Shown: one piece after another, positions 48,969-61,299 of the stretch | Numbering within the stretch: the stretch's first letter is position 1 | Layout: the number at the start of each line of letters is the position of its first letter | Source of the DNA: Selaginella moellendorffii | Taxonomy: Eukaryota; Plantae; Lycopodiophyta | Direction of reading: 5' to 3' | Assembly: GCF_000143415.4 (NCBI RefSeq) | Contig: NW_003314320.1 | Coordinates: 943,231 to 1,007,230, forward strand | Length of the DNA stretch: 64,000 nt | Notes under the pieces: generated by a model | What the model was told of the DNA's origin: nothing | Databases searched by the model: none | The model's input: only the letters and a program-made list of their open reading frames with translations | Position numbers and translations under genes: made by a program

Positions 48969-50126
48969 TGTAAGCCACAAATTTTTCCTTTCCAATTTGC
49001 CAGCTTACCTCGTCTATCCAACCAACACTGCCTTGGTTTGTGCTAAGTTCCCTTACCAAGGTTCTCGCCTATTGTACCAGCTCCTACTTGGTCCTACTTG
49101 GTTTTAGCTACTCACTACACGAGCACCGGAGTGTTAGCCATCCATCTACGGATTCCCAAATCTCTCCCAATCCCCCTCCCCGGGTTAGACTGGACTTAAG
49201 GTTTGGCTACACTCCCTGCAGGCACAAGTAGCCAAGCACACCAAGCCTCCAGGTTCCTAACACCCTTTGGTATAACAAGACTTGATTATAGGACCCTCTA
49301 AATCCCAAGCCTTGGGTGTAGCACTTGCTTCGGGACGTCAGGGCGAAACACCGTGGCCTAACGGCCCGGTATGGGTACCTCTACCCCCCCACTTCCATCC
49401 CGAAGGAAGGCCCAAGCCCCTAGGAAGGGTGAGGACAAATGAGCCACATGGTACTCAAGTGGGGCACCACTCCACATGAGCCAGGAGCACCACAATCGGT
49501 TTTTCTTTCGGGAGTGGGAGCTGCTCTTAAGCACTTCCTTGGATGGCCCCTCCGGCACCAATCAAGTCCATACTCACTCCCACCCAAGGCCCCTCGGTCC
49601 CAGTCTCAACCTCAAGTCGGTTTGGAAACCCCACTGGAGAGTCCCTTTAAAACTGGTTCCTGGACCTCACTATCCCTACTATACTTTTGGAACCCCCTGC
49701 AGCGCCCCCCCCCCCCCCCCCCCCCTGGGAGACGCACGCTTTGGGCTTTCACCCCTTGACCCGTATTAGTATTTGGACTTAGTCTCTGGCTCGATCTCGG
49801 ACTCGATTTCGGATTCGACTTTGGATTCGGTCTCGGACTCGATCTCGGACTCGATCTCAGACCCGATCTCGGACCCGACCTCGGACTCGACCTCGGACTT
49901 GGTCTCGGACCCGATTTCGGATCTCAGACTCCGTCTTGAACTCAGTCTCGAACTCGGTCCCCGAGTCGGCCTCGGACTCAATTCCGGACTCTATCTCGAA
50001 CTCGGTCTCCGAGTCGGTCTTGGACTCGATCTTCGACTTGGTCCCATATGATGAAATCTTTGTCATTTTGGTCATGCTTTCGGGGTTCCTTTAGCCTACG
50101 ATACCTCGGCGAATTGGTTCCTTACA
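48969..50126 (-). repeat. 5' LTR of the chromovirus (1158 bp)
   Basis: TGTAAG...CTTACA adjacent to the PBS; longer internal hexamer/12-mer array at about 49775-50040; poly-C tract at about 49705-49725. Confidence 0.93.
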
Positions 50127-50270
50127 GCACGCAAGCGGGAGCTAGACTATGCCTCAGGTTGGTCGGCCATGCCCAACCTACCCACTATCCCTACAGCACC
50201 CCCCCCCCCCCTTGAGGAACACACGCTTTGGGCTTTCACCCCAAGCCTCCCTTAGTATTAGGAGTTAGTC
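50127..50270. mobile_element. Fragment of a related LTR abutting the 5' LTR
   Basis: CACTATCCCTAC..poly-C..ACGCTTTGGGCTTTCACCCC..TTAGTATT repeats an LTR-internal motif. Confidence 0.6.
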
Positions 50271-51472
50271 TTTGGGACAAGCTTGAAACTTATTAAATAT
50301 GGAATGTCCTTAGATTGTGAATTTGGACACGGGATAAATACCATCGTGTTCAAGCTGATCTCTACATTCCGTAGATATACCAAATGAGCAAATCTGGACA
50401 CTTTCCATAAATAGCATTTGGGACCGAATTCAGACTAACACTAAGGGCATGATAGCAAGGGTGTTTGGCAAACACGGTAAGCTATCATCTAGCGATATTG
50501 AGGGACTAAACTCAATATTGCGGGGGTTCCCAATACTAGCAAGTGCAAGTCAACATCATGAGTTTATCATCACCGTGTCAAGTCTGCTTGACTAAATGAC
50601 AACTTAGGATTTCCTTCCTTAGTGCCCTTCCGGTCTAAGTGCACATGTGATGACTAGTTTCTCAACTAGCTTAGGTAGAGACTAATAACAGGTCTAGTAA
50701 TACCGACCTCCTGCCATCATGGCAGTAAGGTAAGAGTGTCCGTAAGGACTACTCAACAGGTAACTTTCGATACCCAAAGTCACATTCGCGATAATATGCT
50801 AAAAGAAAAAAAAAATTACAAATAAGGAAGAAATATTATGAATATAAAAAGGTGGTTTAAGTTGAAAAAAAAAAAAGTTGGGAAAGAGCAAAAGGTAAAG
50901 AGAAAAAATTAATTAATAGATTAAATGATTGACACTTACCATGCGAAATCTCCAATTCATCTCTAAAGTTATCTCTATAAAAATTAAACTCAGAATTTAT
51001 TTGAGCTCGTAAACATTGTAAATGTTGTATGTTAATCACATAAAGTTAAGGATATAAAATAGTATAAATAGCTATTTATTACTTTTGAATGATATAGTTG
51101 CAAGGTTAATTTAATTATAAAAAAAGTTAAGTCTATAATATTGGTATTATATACAATAGCTTTTTATCCTATCATGATATAAAATAATAATCATTAGATA
51201 GTTGAATATTCTAAATATTTAAATATATTTTAAATATATTCATTACCATACTAGTCTCTTTACAGGTTTATTTAAATAAATAAAGAAAATTTAATAAGAA
51301 TTTATTACTAAATAACCCAATCTAAAATCTTGATGAAAGAGTAGACTTCTACTCACCAATAACAAAATGATAAATTTGAAAACTTTAGTGATATATTTAG
51401 TATTTTAGAGTATAAATTATGGTAGTATAATTACAATATTACGTCTTATTACAAAAAAAAGTATAAAATCTA

Positions 51473-52973
51473 CTAAGTGCTTTTGACACGCTGATGTAAA
51501 TCACACACCAAAGAGTCAAGATTATTCCGTGAAGATCCTTTGTTCTTCATGGCAGCTCTTACCACTTCTTTGACGCGCCTGGCATTCTTCCAAATCTCGC
51601 TAGTTTTTGGGTCGGCTTCCATAAGAGCTTTGATCGAGTTCTTGAGATCATCCTTGCGCGCTAGCTCTAACCCAATTTCAATCCCTCGCACTCCAACTCC
51701 AATGCCCCATTCGTCGATCACAAACTTCGCCGTGAGAACTTGGTCGCCGGAAATGGGCCTAGTCACCATGGGCATTCCAAATGACATGGATTCTGTCACG
51801 GAATTCCAGCCGCAGTGGGTGAGAAATCCACCGACAGATCTGTGTCCCAGAATTTCCAGCTGGGGCGCCCAGGACACCACAAGCCCTTGATCTAGTTTGG
51901 ACATTCTTTCCTGAAATCCGGGAGGAATCAACGACGAATCTCTAATCGCCCACACGAATTCCTGCCTCGATTCTTCCAGAGCCGACGCGAGCTCCTCGAA
52001 TTGCCCATTGGCTACTGACATCGTTGTGCCAAATGCGATGTAGATCACACTGGAATCTGGCCTCGCGTCCAGCCACTGGATGATCTCGCTCTCCTTTTTG
52101 CATTCGGCTTCTCCTTGCGGGGCGCTGGTGCCCAATTTCTCAGAGAGGAGATGCAGTGGCCCGATGGGCTTGATGTTTACCCCGCTGCTGCGCAGAGAAT
52201 CGATTGCTGACCCTTCAATCCCCTCGATCGAATTCACCAGCACTCTGTCAGCCCGGGGAATCATCTGGACCAATTCCTTGAAAGTGTGGAGAATTTTGTG
52301 GAGAGATTCGAATGGGAGGAACCCAAAAGTGGGATAATTTTCTGGCTGCAGCGATGGAAGCCCTGGAATCGAGAATTTCTCGTGGGATGGATTGCCTGGG
52401 AAATGAGGAACAGAGGTTTAGAAATTTGGCAGAGAGAATTTTGGTGCTGTTACCTGCGAATGGAAAGATGCCCTGCGCGATGAGGCGTGGCATATGGTAA
52501 TACACGAGAAGCTCCGCCACAGTCGACGTCCACAGCGCAATCCACGGCACCTCCAGCTTGGTGGCGAGATCGCGAGCCCAGCCAACGTAAACATCCGAGA
52601 TCACGCAAGAGATCGGGACGCCAGAGCTCTTTCCCACGTCCTCCACGATCGTCAGCACCGACCCGTCGTCATTGAGAGCCTGGAAACGATTGAAGTAGCG
52701 CAGGATCTCGTCCAATTTCGCGGCCTGATCGTCCTTGTGAACTGCCGGCAGGGCCTTGGATGGATCGAGCGGGAGGCACGACTTGATTCGCACGCCATTT
52801 TCCCACTTCTCGGCGCCAACGCTCTGTGAATTCTCGGGGGTCTTGAGGAGCGTGACGAGACACCCCGACGCTGCCAAGTGCTGGCAAAGATGGAGGAGTG
52901 GAGTGATATGCCCTGGCCATATGAATGGAATGGCAACTATATGCGGAACAATGGCAGCTCCTTGAGATCCCAT
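51473..52973 (-). CDS. UDP-glycosyltransferase (family 1), 480 aa; exons 52973-52454 and 52395-51473
   Basis: HIVAIPFIWPGHITP (catalytic His), CVISDVY, PSPG box ..VTRPISGDQ; 58-bp phase-1 GT-AG intron. Confidence 0.95.
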
Positions 52974-53324
52974 TTTTTCTTCTCTCGTTTACTCTTTCTC
53001 TAAATGAAAACAATGGAGAATTCTTATAGAGCATCTAGATTTCGTGGAAGAACTCTTCAATAGTAGGCGACCAGGTGTTACTTGCTTAGATTTGAAAATT
53101 TCCAAAACTGGGAGCATTGCTATAACCATGCCACATGGCAATCCACGCGCCAACTTTTTTATAAGGTTTATACTTCTTTCATGGAAGAAGTACGATTTCT
53201 TTCGTGGAAGCTTGACAATAGAGTCGTGACTCTTGGAACTTTGCCATCTCTTTTCTGGAAGGTTGACGCTAAAATGTTGGAACTTTGCCAGCTTTGCCAT
53301 CTAAGTTGACTATGTTATTTAGCC

Positions 53325-56217
53325 TCAGGAGTGATGTTGGTGATGTTGCTGGCCTTCCAGTGGCTCCGGGAAGATCTCGCTCGACCCAGGCCTCCGGTGG
53401 TGGTGACCATGGTCTTGGAAAGATCCCTGGGAATGGGAATGCTTCCGGATGCTCGACGCTCCTCCGTAATGATCGGGTTGCAAGCTCTCCTCCTTGAGAG
53501 TCGCCGGGATCACCGTCTCCGACGAGCTGTGCCTCCAGCTCCCAAACAGGGAGCCATTCCAGGAGCTATGCGAGGATCTCCTCAGCGAGGCTGTGAAGTT
53601 CTCCTCCCTCACCACTCGCTGTGGGTTCTCCAGAGCTTTGAGAACTTGGCGGATCGCTGGCCGCCTGGATGGCTTTGGATTGAGGCACATCTTGGCGACG
53701 ATCGCCACTGCCCATACTTCCTCCAGGAGATCATCGTCGACGAGCAGCGACGAGTCCACGATCTTGCTCAAGTTCTCCTTTTCGTGCCGGTCGATGAGCG
53801 GGAGTATGGTTTCCACCCACGTATCAGCGCCGGGATCCATGGTTCCACTTATTCCGAGCTTTCCAGAGACGAGTTCGAGGAGGACTTTGCCAAAGCAGTA
53901 GACGTCGTAAGCACACGATGCCACTGGAGAATCTACACGAAAAAACAAACAAAGTTTGAGCAAGAAATTTGAGCAAGAAACTAGAACAAAGTTTGCAAAG
54001 TTTGTGTTTGTACCTGGATCTTGCTCGGAAGTCCTGGTTACAAGCGAAAAGACATCACTTTTTGTCAGCCAACTTACGAAAGAATGAAACCAAGCAAGAA
54101 GAAACTTACTGTGATCTGCTGCGAAGAAAACGCATGATAAGATTTGGATGAACTCCTCCATCTTGAATCCGAGCCTCGCTCAAGCTTCCAAGCCTCACTT
54201 CAAACTTGTCATCGAGAAGAATGCTGGTAGCCTTGATATCCCTGCGATCACCAGCAAGAACATTAGCAAGCAAAGCGAAAACTTCTCTCAAGTACCTGTG
54301 GACGAGCGCTGGCGAGCACTCGTGGTGGAGATAACTCAATCCCTCGGCAGCACCGATCGCGATCTTCAGCCGGGTGATCCAGTCGAGCGATTGCAAGATA
54401 TCTTTCGGCGGACTCGGGACGATCTTCCGATGCAAAGCGCGCGCGAGATCTCCGTGTTGCATGTACTTGTACACCAAAAACTTCTCATTTTCCCGCTCCA
54501 GACAGTGGCCGAGAAGAGGCACCAGCCTCGTGTGCGATGCCTTGCTGAAAAACTCGAGCTCGGACAGCAAGAAATCCTTCTTGAGCGAAGTTACGTCCAC
54601 CCTCTTGACCACGACGAGCAAGCCACCATCGAGGATACCGCGGTAGAGGTCGCCGGTGTGACCAGCCTTGATCAAGTTAACCGGGTTGAAGTCCTGGGTG
54701 GAACGCTGGAGCTGCGCGAAGCTAAACGCCTCACCGATGCATGCGAGGTTTACCGTGACGTTGGCTTGCTCTTGGTCGTGGTGGCGCATGGAGCCGCCGG
54801 TTTGCTGCGATCCCCGATCGTCTTTGGACGAGGAGCTCGATCTCCTCCGCCGCCGCCGGTCGCGGAGCTGGAACGCATGCACGATCGCCACCACCGCGAT
54901 GATGAATCCAAAACTCCCGAGAATTCCACCCAGGATCGCTGCTACGTGCTGCTTCTTGCTTTTCTTGCTGCTGCCCGCAAGCCTTCCCCCCAGTGACGAT
55001 CCCACGATCGGCGTGGCGGTGGGAAGCATTCCAACTTCGCCGGAGAGTTCCAACCCCCTGGACGTGTAGAAGCGCTGGCAATCTTTCTGGTAGCGCTGCC
55101 TGGCCACATTCTCGAAGCAATTCCCGGCCAGCGCGGTCGTGTACGTGATCTCGTCTGGAACAGTGCCGTTTAGATAATCGCTCGAGAGGTCCAAGAACGC
55201 CATCGACTTGAGCGCCGTCAACCCCTCCGGCAAGCTCCCATAGAACTCGTTGTGAGACAGAACCAGCGCCTCCATCCTGGCCAGAGACGAGAGCTCGCGA
55301 GGAAGGAACCCGGTCAGATTGTTGCGCGAGAGATCCATCTTCGTCAACCTCGCGAGCGATCCAATCCCGGCAGGGATCGTCCCGCCGAGAGAGTTCCGCG
55401 ACAAGTCGAGAACTCGCAAGCTCGCCAGCTTTCCCAGCTCCGGCGGGAGCGAGCCATTGATCCTGTTGCTGGAGAGATCCAAAACCTCAATTCGCTCAAA
55501 CCATGGCTGCGATCCATTAACGCCGCCACCATCGCCACTACCCAGCCGAGGAAGCCCGTCCAAGAGATTCCTCGATACGTCGAGAGTCACCAGCCTCCTC
55601 ATCGCTTGGAACGATCCCGGGATCCCACCGCTCAGCCCGTTGGACGACAGATTGAGCGCCTCGAGAGCGACCAAGTTGCCGAGACTGTACGGAAGACCCC
55701 CGGTTAAGTTGTTCCCGGACAAGGAGAGGAACTTGAGCTGGCGGAGCTGCCCGAGAGAATCCGGAATGGAGCCCTGCAAGCCGGAGCAAGACGAGAGATC
55801 GAGCACCTGGAGCTGGGAGAGCTCGCCGATCCAGTACGGAAGTAGGCCCCGTGCATGGAAGCCCGACGCATTCAAGTAGCGGAGGAGTGGCAGGCTTCGA
55901 AGTGGATCCACCGAGAAGCTGGGCTGCGCCATGCCGGCCACTGTCCTCTTGAGCCCCGCAAGATGGATCCCCACGACCCGGCCTTGCTCATCGCATTGGA
56001 TGCCACGCCACGCCGAGCATGGATCCTGTGCCGACTTTGGCCAGTAGAAGTTGCGGACCTGGAGCGAGTAGCGGAGATGGCGAAGAGCGAATGCGTCGCC
56101 CCTGGAGGAGATTTTGATATCGCCGCCGCCGCTGCTGCTCGAGTGGAGGGGCTCGATCGAAAGGAGCAGCGAGAGAGCGAGGAGGAGCTTCCCTCCTGGT
56201 GGTGCTCCCATGATCAT
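53325..56217 (-). CDS. LRR receptor-like kinase, At2g16250-like (LRR-XIV), probable pseudokinase
   Basis: Signal peptide, LRRNT WPKSAQDPCSAWRGIQC, plant LRRs, TM helix; kinase NLIKAGHTGDLYRG..HRDIKATSILLDDKFEVRLGSLSE..CAYDVYCFGKVLLEL; introns at 54242-54295, 54034-54109 and one starting at 54013. Confidence 0.92.
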
Positions 56218-57412
56218 CGGGAAGAGAGGAAGGGAGATTGGAGAGAATGGCGCTGGCTGGAATGGAAGCTTTGGTGTAGAAATCGTCTTAGAGCGCTGTG
56301 GTGGTGTTGCTTTTGTTTTTCCTGGCAGCGTTGCTTCTTCGTCTTCTCTCTTTCTCTGGAGGGAATGGAGCGACTGGGATCATCCATTGTCCGAATCAAA
56401 GTCGAGGCCTGGCGTGATCAACACCCGATTCCTGGGTGTTTTCGGTGCTGGAAAAAGAGAGAGACAAAGTTCCTGAGACCTACGGATTTGACACTCTAGA
56501 AGCTGTACGAGTAACAAAGCAAGAAACCACTTTCGCTTACCTCAAGTCGAGAGCGATTGGAGCAAGAACCCTAGGCAGCAGCGCCATCGCGAATCAGAAC
56601 CAACGAGGGAGTGCTCTGATGGTACAATGACTACGCCTCAATGAATGAGGCGAGGAGCAAACAAGCCATGAAGAACAACAACAAAGAGGAAGGAGGAGAA
56701 GATCACGAAAAAGAAAAGTGTCACGAAATCAGGAAATAATATGGGATTGATTTGAACGTTTTTATACCGTTGGCACTTAAAATCTAGTGAGATGATTGCT
56801 TGGGTTGTGTGTGTGCGTGCCTTCTGGCAAAAACTGTACTCACCGCATTAAATTCCTGGAGAATTCCAGCAAGCAAACGCGCCCCAAGCCACCACCACCA
56901 CCCTGGATCCAGAAAATCCCCCAAAAACAAAAGCTTTCTTTCGAGCTATGTCTTGATCCTGAACTGGACCGAAGGTGACCCAAGGGTAATTCTCTTGTTT
57001 GCTTGCTTGCTTGCGAGTTCTTTGGATTTTCAAGTTATGGATGGAGGGAAAACTCTTTGCTTGCTTGCTCGATCGATCGGTTGTCCTTGCGTGAGAATTA
57101 AATTCGTGGAGCAAGGTTGCAGCGCAGCAGGGGCAGTCCGTGAGAGGCGCGAGAGACCACGTTAAAAATCCCGTGCAACAAAGTTATAAGTTTGTAGACA
57201 CTTCCTCTGGCGCACGATGGCGACTCCCATGTGAGCACCTCTTTATTACACCACCCTCCTTCTTTTAGGGTTCTTCCCAGGAGCCCTAATTTCGGCCACC
57301 CGGGATCGAACCCGGGTCGATGTCACGCAAATTTGGTTTACCACCTAACAGTGTTAAGCTCGTACGAATGTACGGAGGGCTTTTGCCCTAGCTGCCGAGC
57401 TCCAAGAGCTCG

Positions 57413-60400
57413 ATGGAAGATCGATCTGCTGCCGACGCCGCCGTGATGGAGCGCGGCAAGAAGATCGGCAGCACTGGCGTCGGCGGCGGCGCGCTCGTCA
57501 GTGGCAGCGGCAAACGCGCATTCGGCACTGTTCTTGCGGCGCTCATCCTGTGCCTCATCGGGATCATGGCATTCTCGATCCGCCTCTTCTCGGTGAGTGG
57601 GATGGATATTTCGCGGAGAATGAGCTCGCATTGTAGGTTATCAAGTACGAGAGTGTCATCCACGAATTCGATCCGTATTTTAACTATCGGGTCACGAAGG
57701 TCTGTGATCTTAGAGTTTGAAGGCTTAAAATCTAGAACTTTTTCTTGCGTTTCTGTCTTTTAGTACCTTACAAAGGCTGGAATCTACGAGTTTTGGAACT
57801 GGTTTGACGATCGGACTTGGTAAAACTTCGTTCTTTCGTTTAAGTTGTGTGTGTGTGTGATAAATGGAAATTCATACAGGTATCCACTTGGCCGTGTCAT
57901 AGGCGGCACAGTGTACCCCGGGCTCACGATAACAGCGGGAACAATGTGGTGGTATGTATTTTTGTTTTTGCGTTCCTAAACTTTGGCTTGTTTGTTTTCT
58001 CTCTGACGCTTGATGTAATTTGCAGGATCTTAAACGCATTCAACATCCCTCTGTCTGTTGAGACAGTCTGTGTGTTCACGGCTCCCATTTTCTCATCGTT
58101 TGCGGCATGGGCGACATACTTGCTAACTAGCGTACATGAAATTTATTTTGTCACTGCCTGGTCTGATATGCTCTTGAACTTGCAGGAAGTCAAAGGACGA
58201 GGTGCTGGCCTAACAGCTGCTGCACTTCTCGCAATGGTAAGGAACAGGAATTTGTCTTGTCTTGTTTTCTTATTCTATTTCACGCTGTAATTATTCCAGG
58301 TCCCGTCCTACATCTCTCGGTCTGTAGCGGGAAGTTATGACAATGAAGCGGTTGCTATCTTTGCTTTGATATTCACATTTTACCTTTACGTTAAGGTGAG
58401 CTCTCTTGCTACCGGTTTCTCGAGTGTTTCTCATTTGTACTCTGTCCAGACGCTGAATACAGGATCTCTTTTCTATGCAACGCTCAATGCCCTTGCCTAT
58501 TTCTACATGGTACTCTTTTGTATGTTTATAAATCTGATTCAGCTTTGCTCTCGTTCAGGTTTGTTCCTGGGGAGGTTATACGTTTATCATCAATTTGATT
58601 CCGATGCATGTCCTCCTATGTATTGTGACTGGGAGATACTCATCACGGTTGTATATAGCATATGCACCTTTGGCAAGTATACTTTTTGAGTTTTGCTTCA
58701 GAGCATAACAGTGTAAAGCTTCTTCAGGTTATACTCGGAACACTTCTGGCCGCCTTGGTTCCTGTTGTTGGCTTCAACGCTGTTATGACGTCTGAGCATT
58801 TTGCGTCCTTCTTGGTACATACTTTTGCCGAACTTGACGCATGACATTGTCGTTACTATCAGGTTTTTGTAATTATCCACGTAGCAGCTCTTGCACACTA
58901 CATTAAACGAGTACTAAGCCCCAAACAATATAGCACAGCGGTGTCATTTGTTATCACTTTTGGCATGTATGAGCGTGCCATTTGAGTTTCTACTTTTATT
59001 CAATGGTTTTGGTTTTCAGGGCGGGAGCTGCTGCTTTAATAGCAATACTGGCCGCAATGGTAGCTGCGAGTCCCACGAAAGGCTGGAGTGGGAGAAGCTT
59101 GAGTCTACTTGATCCGTAAGCTTTTACGTTGTTTCCTAAAGGTCGGTGGTAATGTTTTTTCTTTTTCTGACGCAGGACTTATGCGAGCAAGTACATTCCT
59201 ATAATAGCCAGTGTCAGTGAACATCAGCCGCCGACATGGCCATCCTACTTTATGGATATCAATGTGCTCGCTTTTCTCGTTCCAGCTGGTATTATCGTAA
59301 GTTCGTTTACATGTTGTGAAAATTTGTTTTTCTGAAGTTGTGATTAATAGGCATGTTTTCTTCCTCTTTCCGACTCGAGCTCGTTCGTCGTGCTGTACCT
59401 GGTGACTTCAGTCTACTTTTCTGGTGTCATGGTTAGTAAAATATTCCAATCTTCCGGAATATCTAACGACTGTGTGTGTAAAGGTGCGGCTGATGCTTGT
59501 GCTGGCTCCAGCAGCTTGTGTTCTATCAGGAATTGCCTTGTCGGAGGCATTCGCCGTCCTCACTAGATCGATCAAATATCAAGACTTATCGGAGGCAAGT
59601 TTACTGTTTTCGTTTCCGTGTTCTAAAGTCCATCGAATTTTTATTGTAGAGCGCTGCAGTAGACAGCACTGCAACACTGAACAGCACGAATGAAAACGAA
59701 GCTAGCGTTAAGGAAGTGAAGGACAAGGCGCCGAAGAGAGGCAAAAAGAAAACTGTGGAGAAAGAAGTGGAGAAAAAGCGAAAGAGGCTTCTTGGCTTGC
59801 CCATGGAAGCATCTGCCGTGGGCATTCTTCTTCTCATTATAATGGGGAGTTTCTATGTGGTATGTCTACTTTTCTTGTTTGTCATGTATATGGTTTTAAC
59901 ACTGGCAAGTATAGGTGCATTGTGTTTGGGCTGCAGCAGAAGCATACTCTGCGCCGTCAATAGTTCTGACATCACAGACTCCTGACGGTGGTTTACACGT
60001 TTTTGACGACTTCCGTGAAGCATATGCCTGGCTCAACCACAATACGGGCGAGGATGACAAGGTCTGTTTGTGGCACATGTATTCCCTGCTAAAGATTCAT
60101 TAAGCACTGAAGGTGGCGTCGTGGTGGGATTATGGCTATCAAACGACAGCAATGGCAAACAGGACTGTCATTGTAGACAACAACACATGGAACAATACGC
60201 ACATAGCCACCGTGGGAACAGCAATGTCTTCACCGGAGCGACAAGCTTGGGAGATTTTCCAGTCACTGGATGTCAAATACGTCTTCGTGATTTTCGGAGG
60301 TGCTTGATTTTCCTGCTTGATTCATTGATAGCTGATGGTTTGAACAGGTCTGGTGGGATATCCAAGCGATGATATCAACAAGTTTTTGTGGATGGTGCGG

Positions 60401-60958
60401 ATAGGGGGAGGGGTTTTCCCGCATATTAGGGAGCCTGACTATCTCGTAAGCATCCTCTCTCGTTGATTTTTAACTCTATCGAGTTCTCGATTTGCAGAGA
60501 GATGGTCATTACCGCATTGACTCTCAGGCAACGCCAACGATGCTAAACTGTCTCATGTATAAGCTCTCGTACTACCGGTATGGATTCCTTCAGTTTTAGA
60601 TACCGTGTTTCTCTGACGGAGATGACAATACAGATTTGCGGAGGCGGATGGTAAAGGATACGATAGAGTAAGAAGAACCGAGATTGGGAAGAAGTACTTC
60701 AAGCTGAACTACTTCGAGGAGGTAGAAAACTTTCGTGAAGCTGTGATCTTCTCCCGCATTGATTTCACATGATTTCACAATCATTATTTCAGGTGTTCAC
60801 GACGCAACACTGGATGGTGCGCATCTACAAGCTCAAACCTCCTCGGAACCTGGTGTCTGCTGTCAAGTCCAAGAAAAGGTTCTTATGATTTCTCTTTGCT
60901 GTTCCCATCGTGTGAATTTCTCTCTTGCAGGACGCAAAAGAAGAAGACAACACGCTGA
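57413..60958 (+). CDS. STT3A: Oligosaccharyltransferase catalytic subunit STT3A, about 23 exons
   Basis: [100 protein letters not shown]; stop at 60956-60958. Confidence 0.96.
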
Positions 60959-61299
60959 AATAAGTAGAGGAGCGAATTTTTGCAGGCAAAGACTTTGGAA
61001 ACTAAATCTAAACTTGAATCAGCTAATTTATCCATACTCCACTCTCCCATGATGGTGATTTGGAACTTCTTTGCATAATAAGCTCTGATAATCATGTCTC
61101 AAGCAATAGTGTTAGCTAATTTTCAATAGATTCTCAAACTCTCTTTCTCAATCCCCCTTTCTGGGATAGATTAGACTTAAGATTCAGTTTCTTGTTTGAA
61201 ATAATGTACTTTATAATAATTAAGTTGCTCTTCATATTTGAAGGGCTTAGGTTTTTTCGATTATTCCATGCCATGGAAGACATGGAAATGGAGCTTTAG

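Larger units (their letters stand above)
38396..50126 (-). mobile_element. Ty3/Gypsy chromovirus LTR retrotransposon, defective and probably chimeric
   Basis: Related TG..CA LTRs at 38396-39475 and 48969-50126; PBS TGGTATCGGAGC (tRNA-iMet) at about 48954-48965; PPT next to the left LTR; gag 48909-47684; decayed RT (YIDDILIYS), RH, INT and chromodomain at 42393-39900. Confidence 0.92.

Noticed and set aside
49766-50075. SEIE/SDS-repeat ORFs, or a CRISPR-like array
   Set aside because: Short-period LTR tandem repeat with no unique spacers and no cas genes; eukaryotic context.
50694-50725. Helitron 3' end (CTGCCATCATGGCAG palindrome 13 nt from CTAG, minus strand)
   Set aside because: CTAG is not followed by T, and there is no 5' TC end or Rep/helicase evidence.
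27729-52973. ADT + UGT + esterase as a metabolic gene cluster
   Set aside because: The genes are separated by unrelated housekeeping genes and TEs; there is no scaffold-forming enzyme and no co-expression evidence.
57880-57890. GTATCC as a second U12 donor
   Set aside because: It is exon sequence (W-Y-P-L-G of STT3A) right after an acceptor.
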